Source: Psilocybe cubensis
Lineage: Eukaryota
Direction: 5' to 3'
NCBI GenBank assembly: GCA_017499595.2
Contig: CM039007.1
Span: 1,860,001 to 1,924,000 of the forward strand
Length of the DNA: 64,000 nucleotides
The notes beneath the pieces were generated by a model that ran no database searches, was not told the origin of the DNA, and worked only from the letters and a program-made list of their open reading frames with translations. Positions 15,111 to 31,331 of the stretch are shown here, piece after piece. The stretch's first letter is position 1, and each line of letters starts with the position of its first letter. Made by a program: the position numbers and the translations under genes.

Positions 15111-15708
15111 GAATCTGCTTGTATGTATTATCACCACCACTACCATTATCTCGAGCCTTCGTAATTCAACGCGTTAATCGCCCGTCGGTGCCCCTTTCCT
15201 TGCTAAAAAGCCTTAACACATGCCTTGAATAGATCGACAATCACAGCTTGGTTTAGGCTATTTACACGTGAGTGTACGCCATCTTGTTGGGTTACCTGCG
15301 GAATGCCGATCCGTTTGCTGTCTCCACAAACTGTTCTATCTTTCATTGCTCGCTCTTTTGGTCAAGAAAGAGGGGTAATGGACCCAATATAGGAAGCCCG
15401 CCAGGCAGCCGCCCGAAGCGTCGGGTTCTTATGGCATACATCAAGGCGCGCCTTTCATGATATCATAAACACGATCACACCTTTTTGCAGCATCTGCAAG
15501 CGCTCTAGCTCTTTTTCCCTTTCACTCGCAAGCTCACGATAGCCATGACCCCCTTTCAGAAAGTCATGCCTGCCCAGTGCCAAATCCCTTTGTCTATTTT
15601 TAGCTTTCATCTAGGCGAAGTTTCTCGAGCAAATGTTTCGAGTCTCAACGTTACACACTCTACAACTTCATCTTCAGCCAAACGTCAACACTTCTTAAAA
15701 GGATACTT

Positions 15709-17202
<1,494 letters not shown>

Positions 17203-17974
17203 GTGTTTGTCGTCGATGGCAAGGTTGGCTTACTATTTGTATATTTTGATGATGTTTTGTACGTACCTTAATCTGCAATCTGTCTGGTATCTGAAATACT
17301 TCAGAGTCAAGAGATTAGTGCGCCGCTGGGCGATGATTCAATAACATTGTGGCAAGGTCGCACCGCATCAGTCAATTATTTCTTTTATTTCCTGTTGCAG
17401 CCAGAAGCATTCACACGCACATCCCTGTGTATACCGATGGGTAACCAATCACGAATGTTCTTTTGCTCGAGAAACTTTAATAACATTGGTGACCCGTTGT
17501 CCCAATCCATACCCAATCCCCAGAGGCACCAGAGTTGGCGTTTGAACAATTATTCCAGCGGACTCGATTAAAAATCCGCGAAAAACAGTTACGCCGAGGG
17601 CTCGCTAACGGAACCGCCACGATCTACCTCGATCTACTCGGCTGTTATTGGTGGATTTGTTCTAGTCGGCGAGACTCGAGTAGAGCTAGGTAAGGCAAGC
17701 TGGGTGCCAGTGCTGATTATGAATCTCACGTTTAACAATGAATCGCGATGCTTATTTCTGCCTCCATGTCCGTCGCATAGACTAGCCACTGTCCAGTGCC
17801 ATACAGAAACGCCTAGAAACGTATCGGGCCTAGAACGGAGTACAAACCGAAATCGGAGCCAGTATCAGGAGGATTGATGCACATCATCGCTTCTTACACC
17901 GAATATATCCAGGGGCACTGACGATGTGATTGGTCAACCATGACTCCATCGATAGATAATCTCTTTTGCAAATC

Positions 17975-18071
17975 TATAAGTAGGCCACCAGACGGCGCAT
18001 CTTGACTCTTTTTCCGTTCCTCATAACCACACCGCTTCACATTTTCACCTCACTTTTCAATCAACTTCAAC
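17975..18071 (+). promoter_or_regulatory. gpd core promoter: TATA-like box and CT-rich tract
   Basis: TATAAG at 17975 is followed by a pyrimidine-rich tract (~18001-18060) directly upstream of the ATG at 18072, typical of highly expressed basidiomycete genes. Confidence 0.55.
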
Positions 18072-19557
<1,486 letters not shown>

Positions 19558-20655
19558 ATTCGACATGAAAATTGGATTTGTTTCCTGTTGTTGATGGATG
19601 GAGTTGACAGCGTCGCAGATTTGGACATTTATTCTGATCATTTATTGTATTCGCCTCTCTCTTTTTCGTGAGGCCTGTTGACCAAAAGGAAAGAAAGAAA
19701 TGTAATGTTACATAGAGAAATACACATTTTGTACAATACAAATTTTGAATGCTGTTCGATCGAACCCATGATCCTATATGTCTATCAATAGCTCTGCGAT
19801 ACTTCGCGTTATGATAAATCGTGAACGTGTGTCTTCCGTTGGTGTTACACGTTCGTAAATGCTTATCTCAACGCAGCGGCGATACGCATCGTACGGCGGG
19901 TTGCGGCGTATACGACAAATGCACACTCTGCATTTCGCACTCGGCAATTTCGCTGTGCATGATTTGATAAGAAAAAAGAAGGACAATCCAGAAATACACA
20001 GACAGATTCATGCAAAGCTCTGGATGTCGGCCCCGTTGCGCCTGGATCCGAGTATTTCTGTAACTACCATTACGTTTCTTATAGATTGTTCTGACACTAG
20101 TATATCTTATGCCCTCATGATACCGACTCAGATCGAGACCGGGTTAAAAGGAATCCATGGTATCCTTGATATTCCGTTAAGCCTGAGACTCCGCGGTATA
20201 TGCGTATCTAAATTAGTTCTCGGAGTAGAAGTACCAGAGAAGATATGTGGGGCTGGTATCCTGGACCGGCGGAGCCCACAGTGGAGGCTTAAATTCATAC
20301 TTTCTTGTTACCGTTCCGATATCGCGTCCGACTCTGTGCCGTTATGTACGTCATTGTGGCACGATTGGTGATTCTGAAGGGGTGATTAGGAAATGGCCGA
20401 GCCGCTATTCCATGCTGCGAATTCGGGGATATGCAAAGGCAGCTGTTTGCAGTTGTTATGGGTTGTGGTACCCATCTTCATTCCTTTCGGGAAAGTCAGC
20501 ACTGGAACGTAAACTGCCACACTAGAATAAAAATGATGAAAAGAGGTATATTTTGAAAAAAATACAAGTGAAGCACGAAGAAATCCAAAAAGACTCATAA
20601 AAAGGTTTTACGCGAAAGAAAAAAGGTATCGAAACAAAAAAGAGAAAAGGCCTAC

Positions 20656-21991
20656 TTAAAATTTGAGGCTCAAGGGATCAGGTCCCTGAGGAAGACCGAT
20701 GAGGCTTTCGAACTGGAATCTCCACCCTTCGACAGTCTCTCTGTCAGCCATGAAATCCATGAATCCGAAGGGGTCAACATTCTCCTGCTCCATGATCTTG
20801 GCCTTGTCGAATGACTTCCTGGTGGCAAATTTGCTGCCGGTGACGATAGTCTGCCATTCGTCGCTGAGGAGCCAGCTCATGAAGAGCTTGGCGGTCTCGG
20901 GCATCTTTGTGCTGGAGAAGATGGCGCCGGTCTGGGGCCACGCCATGTAAACGTCCTGGGTGAGCATTTTACCGACGGTAGGGACGTAGACGCTTGAGGA
21001 GGCAAAGGAAACGGTTGGGCCGGAAGAGGAGGTTGCGGCGTTGCCGCTGGTCATGACGAGCGCGGGGGTGGAGGTGCCGCGGTACCATTGGGGCTTCTGG
21101 TTGGCGACAAGCTTATTGAAAAAGTCCCAGCCGTACTTTCCGATGATGCGGGTGAAGAGATAGAGAATTGAGTCGTCATCGTTGGGATATGTAAGACCGA
21201 TTTTTCCTTGGTATTCGGGTTTGAGGAAGTCGAGGATATGTACAGGAACCGTGCTGTTGTCGGGGAATGCGCTGGTCTTGTAGGCAATATCCCCGAGAGA
21301 AACTAGGTATAGTTAGTATGGGTCAGTCAAAATATTGTAAAGAGACTAACAGATGGCATATCCGGTGTAAGCACCATCAGGGTCCACGAATTCGGGATGA
21401 ATATCGTTCCATGTGGGGACTTTGTAATGCATCAGATGACCTCCTTGCTTCCATCGAGGGTAATCATGCAGGGTTTGCAGCATGACCACGTCATAGGCAG
21501 TATCAGCCCCTTTGGTATTGGCAATTGCAAGGTCGACGCGGCTGTCGATATACTTGGAAACATCGACTTTGAGGTCCAGTTTGATACCTGGGAAGCGAGT
21601 TTCGAAGGCTTTGACTATTCTGTCGCCACTGACTTGAACTGAGGCATAGCATGTCAGTAGGTAAATGCATGCACGTAGGAACCTGCTTACTATCTCCTCC
21701 CCAGCCAATTCGCAGGCTACCCTTTTCCGCCTGTGCAGCCTTGTATATTTGGTCGAGTGTCCTAGTTTCGACACCATTTCCATTGGGAGTCGAGCCTTTG
21801 GCCTGTCCGGGAGCATTATTTTTGAACATTGCTGCTGGAGTGGATCCTTTAGAAATTGCTGCTTGAGTGGGGTTCTTCGATGTCACGGCAGGGGATGATT
21901 TAGCCACCGTTCCAGGAGCAGAGTCTTTGGAAACCACTGCTCCCTGAACAGACGTAAAGAGCATAAGAGCCAAGAGAACGAAGCGCAACAT
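20656..21991 (-). CDS. Secreted periplasmic-binding-protein type II-like protein (fungal homologue of ABC Fe3+/thiamine/polyamine substrate-binding proteins)
   Basis: Signal peptide MLRFVLLALMLFTSVQG, then ETRTLDQIYKAAQAEKG, KAFETRFPGIKL, DVVMLQTLHDYPRWK, LTYPNDDDSILYLF, WPQTGAIF, PETAKLFMSWLLSDEWQ. Two introns. Confidence 0.8.
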
Positions 21992-22783
21992 GTTATAGAG
22001 GTTGAAAAGGAAGAAAGTAGTGATAAAGCGAAAGGTCCCAATGGATAGAGAAAGAGAATGCAAGTGTGCAGACTAGATATATGGATTGCGGCTTACACCT
22101 GGTCTCGATCGATTTGAGAGGGTCCCAATTAGAACATTCTGTTATAAACTGGCCCTTCCTGGTGGGCGGAAGGTGCAAGACACAGTTGCCGCTTTTCGGT
22201 TGGTTTTACTGAGGATTTGGGCCGGCATGTGAAGCTTTGCGTAATCCAACACTGGCTGCACTGTTGTCATCGCAAGGGTGTCCACAGACCCTAAAACATA
22301 CGCCAAAGGAATAGCGAATAGAATGTTGAGAAAATTTGATCAAGGCTGAAAGGTGACCAGTGAATCCCCAAAGCATCCACAAGTTCCTCCTGGACATCTG
22401 GCAGTGACGTCTCAAAGCATCACACTATCGTTGCCAGCTTCAGGGGTTACTTTTCCCATTGCGATCGATACGCTGAGAGTGACCTAAATATTTTTTTTTC
22501 TCGTGTACTGGTGACGCAGGACGGTAATGAGCGGGATACTTGCGGGTTCCACAAGTTACTAGGGAAGATGCAGGCTGACGCGTTGTTTGTGCGTATTGAC
22601 GTGATGTGCTGGCCTGAGAACTACACTCGATCACGTGCAAGTCGCGTCCCCGTTGACAATTTCGTGGACGTTACACGCGGTTACAGAGTCACAGGTCTTC
22701 TCACAACCACCACCAACCACAACTTTTCAGGGTAGTATATCAAGACTTCAGCGGCGTAACGAGTCTTGTGAGACTTTCCTGGG

Positions 22784-25700
22784 ATGTGGTCCAAATTCAC
22801 CAATGCCCTCAAGGGCAACAGCCAACCTGTCAAGGAGGAGCACTCACCTCAAGGTGGGGAGGTCCTTAACAAAGTCTACGAGAAGCATCCCAACCTCTCC
22901 ATGTTCCAAGCCAATGAATCTGGCGTAGCAGAATCACACACAGATGCACCCAGCTCACCGTCTGTACATAACAAGCGGAATATGTTCAAGCGGATGTCGA
23001 GAGGTGCACCTAAAGACGACTCAGAGGCACCTCCAACTCCGTCATCGGTAAATCCGCCAACTGGTCTTTTAAAAAAAGTAAGAGGTCATAACGAGTCTTA
23101 TCGTAATGGAAATGGTGCGTTCCATTTGTTGTATTTCATTTTTCCCCCGAGTTGACCACGTCAAACCTCTGCACCTAGGTTCTCAACTTTCACTTAACGC
23201 CCTTACAGCCGAAGCAACGTCTTCAACTTCTCAAAATATGCCACGTCGCTCTTCCTTTGATATGCTCCGCCCAACCTCCCCTCGCAATCAGGATACCACT
23301 AGATCTGTCAAAGAGTCTCATCGTCGTCCATCCATGGACATTTTGCGCCAAGAAGCTCCTCTTGCGCCTCATGATGGCCATGGGTCAGACCCACAAGCAG
23401 AATATGACTTTGCTGCGCAGGGTCCAGAGAGATTTAACTCAAAAAGATCTATTCTACGCGATCCAAACACGCCCGGTACCGGACAGAACGTCCGATTCTT
23501 CCCTCGAGATGCATTCAAAGTCATAACACCAGACAATTCTCTTAGCACAGAGCTTCAAGCAAAGCCGCATCCACCTCTCCCCAATGACACTCCATTCCTA
23601 GACCGACTTGCACAGGCCAACTCTCCTGAGTCAAGTTCTCTGGCGCGCTCTTCGTCCGCTTCAAGGTCAAGGCCCACCGTAGCAGAAATATTTTCTCCTC
23701 TTGGTACTCCTGCCCAGGACAGCTCGGCCCCCAATGGCGAAGCTTCCGACATGTCCTTGTCTTTTTCGCATCATATCGTAGGAGCCAACGATCACTCCAA
23801 CCTCTTCGATGTATCGCAACAGCTGGACATTCCATCTTTCCCCCCTCCTGGCCTTGGGTTTGATGTTAACGCGCCAATATTTGACTCGAACTCTTTGGAT
23901 ATATCCAGCGTCGAAACTAGCGATTTGCTCAAGAACACGGGTCCAGATGGCTACTCCAACCAAATGACATCGACCCCACCAAGACCCAATGATTCGAAGG
24001 GAAAAGGAAAAGAAGTCGTGTTGGATGACTCCATCCGTGAAAGCATCGAAGTTGGTGCTCCGTCTCCTGAAATTGTGGACGAAGCCGTTTTTCACGCTAG
24101 GGAAAAGTCGCCTAAATTGCCACCACCACTTCATGAGCGCAGTCAATCATTCAGTCTAGGACATACACTATATTATTCGTTGGGCAACACAGGCAGCGAT
24201 GGAAACAAATCGTCAATGGCTGAAAGCGAGGCTGCTTATCCTTCCAGTGATTTGAAACCTGACAGCCTCAACTCCTCCTCGACTGGGCCCTCACCACCAA
24301 AGAAGGCTCGCAGTCGGGCCATGAGCGACACCGTGTTCCAGTCGATGCTCCGTTCCTCCCCGAAAGTCAATGCTCCAGAGGCTGACATTAACGACGAATC
24401 CAGTTCGGGCTTAGTCGTCTATTCTGGTGGCGGTGGCACCTCAGAACCAGACCCCTTTAGTGTGAATGCCAATACCTATTATACTCCCCAGACCATGATC
24501 CCAACAACGCCTCCCAAAGGTGCCATCAAGCATAACAGGAAGACGTCGAAAGAAGAGAATCTCATCATCTCTCTGCAGACCCAACTTTCCGTCAGCACCG
24601 AGCTCTGCGCGCAGTACGAAGCGGACCTCAAAGCACGCGACGAGCTAGTGGAACTGCTGAGCAAGAAGTTATCCGATGCGGAGAAGGACGACGCGCGGAA
24701 GAAGAACGCGCTGAGGTCGTGGAAGAAGAAGGTGCAGGAGCTCGAGAAGGCGTGTCGGCTGCTCGAAGAGACCGTCGAGGACTCGCGGCAGGAGAGTATG
24801 GAACGGAGCGTGATGGACGAGGCTAGTGGGGAGGCGTTGAGGATGTTGCATAGACGTATCGCAAGTCTGGAAAGTGAGAAGCAGGAATGGGAACGCAGAG
24901 AACATGCGCTGAGAGAGGAAGTGGAAACGCTTGAGGTCCTCGTCAAGGAGCGCAGCGAAGATGTGCAGAATTTGAAGGAAAACCTTTGGAATAGGGATGA
25001 AAGTGAGAGGGAGCTCAAGGAGGGGATCAGAGAGGCAAAGGAACAGATTGAAATGATGGGCAACATTAGTGTTGGCGTGTTTGATGAGGAAGAGCTAAGA
25101 AGGCTCCTGATGGAAAAGGAGCAGAAGACCAGCGAGGAGACGCATCGTTTCAAGACCTTGGAGTTTGCGTTGAGGCAAGAGCTGGAGGAGTTGAAACTCA
25201 AATGTGAGGGTCTTGAAGTGCAGAAGGCTAATTGTGAAGAGCAGGTGGAGGACCTCAAGAAGCAACAAAAGGCGAGAGACGAAGAATTTGCAACCCTCAA
25301 GAACGAACTTGAGGCTCAGTGGGAACACACGGAGAAAGCCACTGACAAGATTTTGCTTCTCGAAAGGGAGAAGGTCGAACTGGCGGACGAACGCGATGCA
25401 GCAAAGGCAGATTTGGCGGAGTTGGAAGTCAGAATCACCAACATGGAGGTCGAATGGAATGAAAGCGAGAACAAGCGTAATGAGCTAGAAGCCGAGCTTC
25501 AGGAGATGTGGAATGTTAAAGAAACGCTCGAGAAAGATCGCGAAGAGGTGAGTTATCTTTTTATTTTATTCTCCTCTACCTTTAAACATTCCTCTTGGCA
25601 CAGCTCGAGGACGCCTTGCATCATGAGCAAAAGCAGACTGATGAATTGACGCAACGTTTGCAAGAACGCGAGAGTCGAATCTCAGAGCTCGAACGGGAAC

Positions 25701-26832
25701 ATCAGTTCGCCAAAGACAACATCGCTCGCCTCGAAGACAACATCCGACAGAGAAACGAAGAGATCTCTCAATATACGCAGCGCGTAATCGAGCGAGAATC
25801 GGAGCTTGAACACCTTCGAGAAGACATGAGCTCGTTGAAGCGCGAACACCACCGCGTCGTTAATGAGCAAACGCGGGCCCTACAAGACGTGTCTGGCCAG
25901 CACAACGAGACTAGATCCCAGATCGAAGGGCTTATCAAGGCTAAGGCAGAAGCCGATGTTGAGATCAAGTCTTCCAAGGATAAAATTACCATCCTCAAGG
26001 AAGAGGTCGAACGGCTTAGGAGACAGGTCCACAGCTTACAACAAGAGAGTGCCGACAAGGAAGTCAGGCTCCTCCAGGCTGCGAAACAGCATGGTCAAGA
26101 CAAAGAAGACCTCGCTGGTCTTAACATCGCTTTGGATTCCAAACAACAAGAATTGGAACTCGTACGTTTTTCATTGAATATTTCCCTCTCTTTTCATTGA
26201 ATTACTTCCTGCAGATTAAGCGTAAACTGAACGTGCGAGGTACTGCTGGCAGTACTCCAGCTCAACCAGCGAAAGCATCTCATCACCGTCGGGACTCTTC
26301 AATATTCAGCGCCACTCCAATTTCTCGCCCACCGTCAGTTATCTCAGAGTCTGGTACAGATGCTGGAGGTTCGACAATCAAGAAGAAGAGTTCCGCAGAA
26401 ACGCCAATGTTAAACTCGACCAAGATCACTGCCCTCGGTAAAAGTACGCGTATCAACGCAAGCGGAGCCTCCTCTGCCTCTTCAACAACCTCTAAGACTG
26501 CCATACGTGCTGGAGTCGATGGGTCAATGGGTCCGCCACCTCTCAAGTCGCGTCCGTCTATCAATGGAACGCCGACACCCAGTGGCCGCTTGTCATCGTT
26601 GTCGCGCTCGTCCTCGGTAAAGGCAGGCGCAGCGCCAGCGGCGCCTACGCACACACCCCATCGCCGCTTGTCTTCTGTTAACTCTGATTCTGGGTCAGGC
26701 AAATCGAAGATCGGAAAGGGGGGTCTGACTAGTCCTACGTCGTCTGTTGCCGAGCAAGATGAAAAGGAGAATGTCGATTCTACCCCGTCTTCGGCCAGGA
26801 TACGGAGCATGATACCCACTGCCAGTGGATAG
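22784..26832 (+). CDS. Large coiled-coil protein with disordered S/P-rich termini; possible spindle-pole-body component
   Basis: Four exons in consecutive long ORFs. A continuous E/K/L/R heptad region spans ~24550-26160. Motif SILRDPNTPGTGQNVRFF lies near the N-terminus and KEN near the C-terminus. Confidence 0.8.
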
Positions 26833-28137
26833 CGCACGAGGCATTGATTTTTGACTTACATCTGATTTCCTCTTCTTTCTGTTCCTCGTATATTCTTTAT
26901 AATCTAACGACATTTTCCGCCCACGTCGTTGTTGTGGTCCTTTCTTTCTGTTCATCTTGTGTCAATTGCTTTCTGTTGCTTTTTTCTTTTCTAGTTTCCA
27001 CTCCTCGCTTGCCGCGCAAAGTTACTGCTTTCGTTGTTGTCCAAATGTTTTCTCTGTAACTGCTATTCAAAATACGTTTCTTTCATTCCCTTCACAAGCA
27101 TTTCTAGGCTCGAAAATAGCATATATTTATATGTTTATTGTACCTCCCCTTTCCGAGTCCCATTCATGATACAATTGTGCTATGAACAATATCCGTCATC
27201 TGCAAGTAGATATGTAGCTTTAGGTAGTGCTATAGTAGTTGCTACTTGACCTGGTAGAGCTTCTTGTTGTACCAGTACAAACCTACTAATCAAGCACTCG
27301 AAATTTCGTTCGGTTGTCTTGACTTGTGAATTTGAGAGAATCGGAACATTTGACCGACGGATAACAGTTGATTGTGAGTTGATATGGAAAACAAAATGGA
27401 CACCAACGGCTCTTCCGACAACTCACGTCCGAGTAAGCTCCGCTTCGGCCATGGATTGTTATGCCTTAGGCCTCAATACTTATGCTAGTAAGGTCATTTC
27501 ACGCTGTTCTAAGGGTTCGCTAGCTGGCTCAAACGGTGCAGTGAGTGGCAAGATGTTAGATAGATTTCGAAAAGCATCTACTTCGCAAATTTTCACAGGC
27601 GTCTATCGTGCAAATTGCAACAATATTACAAGTGAAAATTTCAACACTGGAGGCCTTATCACGCATTTAATTCATTCTTGCTGCATCCAAGACCCTGGGC
27701 ATCAAAATCACACGAGATAATGATCAAACTCGGTGTACAGAGGAGTAGAAAGTCTATCACAATGAAAAGCTTCACTGTGAGCAGTGTAAAATAAACTCAA
27801 GGAAAAGTCCTTAGACGTGCATCTATCTAGCGCTGATCCAGGTGAATGTAAAGGGAAAGGGGTGTGAATTCATCAAACCGAATAAAAATAATTTGTAATA
27901 CAAATTGTTCACTTGCGCTATCTTTGATCGGGGGTTGGATACCGACCATGCGGGTGCGGCTACGATGGGCATTGGCCCATTTGTATAGCCGTCAAAACAT
28001 TGGTTGATTGCTCCAGGCTGCTCCGACATTCTTTTTCTCAGCTTGTCGAGCACCCCCACGTCGGCGAGTTCGTTGGTCAAAGTTGGCCTGCTACCCCACA
28101 TCTATCGCCTTGAAGACATCTCTTTTCGAGTCTAACG

Positions 28138-30808
28138 ATGACCAGCGACGGCGACAAGAAGCAGATAACGTTCCAGGTCGCCAATGATGATGATCAAGAG
28201 CTGGTAGCCTTGGGCTATAAGCCCTCATTTAAGCGAGAGTTCACGAATCTGGCTACGGTATGTTGCAGCGTCAACGTTCATTTCCATCTTTCTGACACTT
28301 CTTATGTCGGCATTTAGATTAGTTTTGCGTTCAGTATCATGGTGATGAAATTAAACTGCTGTTGACCAATACTGCTTCCTGACATGGATTTTTTAAGGGT
28401 TTATGTTCTAGCATCTCAACGACTTTCAACACTCCTCTCCTTCTGGGCGGACCGGCATCTGTGAGTGTTTTTTAAAAACAAGTGGTTTCTGATTAACATT
28501 TTTTCAGGTTGTATGGTGCTGGATTCTCGGTGCTTCTTTGTGCTTTACCCTCGGTGCCAGTATCGCAGAAATCGTTAGTGCATATCCCACGTGCGGTGGC
28601 TTGTATGTTACCATATCCTTGTACCTAAACACGTTTAGGCGCTTATTTTTTTTGCTTCGTTGTCTTCAGATACACTGCATCTGCCCAACTGGTTCCTGCG
28701 AAATATCGAGCCAGGGTGCGTGCTAGGGACTGTTTTGAAGGGTTTTGGTATTAATAGCTCTTCATCAGGTTGGCTGGCTGGTGGGATGGCTCAACATCCT
28801 CGGTGTGTAATCATTGCCACATCTGTTGAAGGCCTTCCTAAACGCCGCGTTATACAGGACAGATCGCTGGTATCTCTTCCACTGAGTTTGGTCTGGCCAA
28901 CATGATCCTCGCCGCCGTCAGCGTGGGCCGAGTACGTATTTAGAACAAGTATATTCATAGCATGATCTCATGTCGATCCTCTCACCTGTTTAGAACGGTA
29001 ACTTTGAAATCACTGAGGTAAGGGTCGGATTGGTAACCACGGCTGAGAGACCGTTATTGACGATCAGAATTTCAGGGTAAGGTTGTTGGTCTCTTTGCAG
29101 GACTTCTTATCGTCCATGGTCTCCTCAACTCGGTGACTACACGTCATCTGGCCCAGATGACCAAAGGCTTTGTGTTCGTCAACCTCGGGGCAACTTTCAG
29201 TAAGGCTTCTGAACTTCTAATATATTTCCACAAATGACAGTGTACTAGTCATCATCATCGTGTTGTTGGCAAAGACTCCCCGTTCAGAAATGCATCCTGC
29301 CAACTATGTGTTCGGATCTGCCGGTATCATCAATCAGTCAGAAGGTTGGAATACTGGCATTGCTTTCCTCTTTGGTCTGCTTTCAGTACAGTGGACGGTC
29401 AGTAGCTAGGCTTCGGTTGTACGGCTTTGTATTTTCTTACTAACTGAATATTAATTGTACAGATGACGGTAAATTTTTAGACCTTGGTAATTGATTGGAT
29501 ACTGAACCTGTCGTAGGACTACGACGCCACAGCACATATATCGTAAGTCATTAGTTTGTTTGTCTATGCGCTATTTTGATTGTTAAATCATATCTATCTT
29601 CTACTAAGGGAGGAAGTTAAGCGCGCAGCCTACGCAGGTATGGACAACAAGTACATCATACCCAATGTCGATTAATGCTCCTATTTCCAGCTCCATCGGC
29701 TATTTTCATTGCTGGTAAGCTGAAATAATATGATTTCAATATCAATATGTTAACTCTAGTTCAACTAGTCGTTGGTACTGGTCTGATTGGGTGGCTCTTG
29801 AACATCGTTCTCGTTCTCTGTTCTGGTCCTCTGTGGGTAAAGTTCTCGCCGAATGTTGTTCATTAGTTTACACCTTTCGCAGCGAAGCTCTTCCAGGACC
29901 TTCCAACTCTGCCGTATTGGAGGTCAGTAAGCAGTTGTGCTTTAAGGGAAAGACATATATTTACTTTCTCCGTAGATTCTGTACCTCCGAGCCGGTAAAG
30001 CTGGTTCACTTATCATCTGGGTACCCATATATGCGTGTTCTTTACGGAGGTTGAACACTGACTTCTGGCGCAGGTCTTCGTTTGTTCTACTGCATTCTTT
30101 GTCGTACAAACTGCTCTTCACGCCGCTTCAAGAACTATATATGCGTTCAGTCGTGATCACGGTATGTAACTTGCCCAACAATGCACCACACACTAACATC
30201 CGACATCCTTACAAAGGACTTCCCGATGCTGGTTACTTCGGAAAGACGTCCAAACTTACGCAAACACCCCTGCGCGCCATCTGGTTAACGACCTTCGTCA
30301 GCATTCTACCTGGTCTCCTCGACCTTGCCAGCCCTGTCGCCGCCAACGCCATTTTCTCACTGACTGCCATGGCACTCGATCTCAGCTACGTGATCCCTAT
30401 CTTCTGCAGACGGGTATTCCAAGATCACCCTGATGTGATGTTTAAACCTGGACCTTTCTACATGGGCAAGGGGTGGTTGGGAATTACCTGCAACGTTGTC
30501 TGCATCGCTTGGACGATTTTCATTTGCGTTATCTTTTCACTCCCAACAGTGAGACCTGTTACCAAGGATAACATGAATTATGCTTCGGTGGGTACTAGTG
30601 TCAGCTGTTGATATTTTATCCTAACTGTCTTGTCACTCAGGTTATCACAATCGGTGTAATCTTCCTGGCTTCCCTTTGGTACATCGCCGCCGCTCATAAA
30701 CACTACACTGGACCCAAGTCAAATCTCAACGACGATAGTGTGGAAGCTGTTACCCAAAGCTTATCGAGTGAGGACTCTGATTCCGACAGGAAGACGCCTG
30801 TGGCATAG
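28138..30808 (+). CDS. APC-superfamily amino acid permease (GABA/choline, Uga4/Hnm1-like)
   Basis: ELVALGYKPSFKREFTNLATISFAFSIMG, GGPASVVWCW, AEIVSAYPTCGGLY, GWLNILGQIAG, QWTMTDYDATAHISEE, SRTIYAFSRDHGLP, NMNYASV. About 19 short introns traced by eye. Confidence 0.92.
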
Positions 30809-31331
30809 AATGGATTCCATTCACGCCAAATGATGAAACTATTACATTACAAAAGACACTAATCATGACCCTTCAACGACCCATGTAAGCCAGCGACCTC
30901 GCGCCCTTCCTCTCTCCTATGGGTTCTCAACAACCTCCTTGGAGATGGTATGGACGTTTGTCATTAATAATGAGGTGACGAATTGTTTAGAGAGGATTTT
31001 ATATACCATGCTATTTTCATTAATTTTTGACAATTGCCCAATGTACCCTGTCTACGTACCTATTTGTGCTATGTACCCAGCCAACACGAGTTATTAGTAT
31101 CCTTAATCTCTCCTGAACACTTTGTACTATGCACTCGGTATTACATACGTGGCTATAGGGAATCTAACGACATTCTTCTACTTGAAAAATTGTGGAACAA
31201 TGTGTTACTGCATGGATGACATCGCAGATGCGCATCTAAAGAAATGTCCTGTTACTATGTAAATGTAATGAAACCATTTGAACTGTGATGTTGTGGTGCG
31301 TCAGATCGCCTGATTATCCAATTCGGTATTG

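Noticed and set aside
24479-25300. 273-aa Ser-rich minus-strand ORF
   Set aside because: It is the antisense shadow of the Glu/Lys-rich coiled-coil exon.
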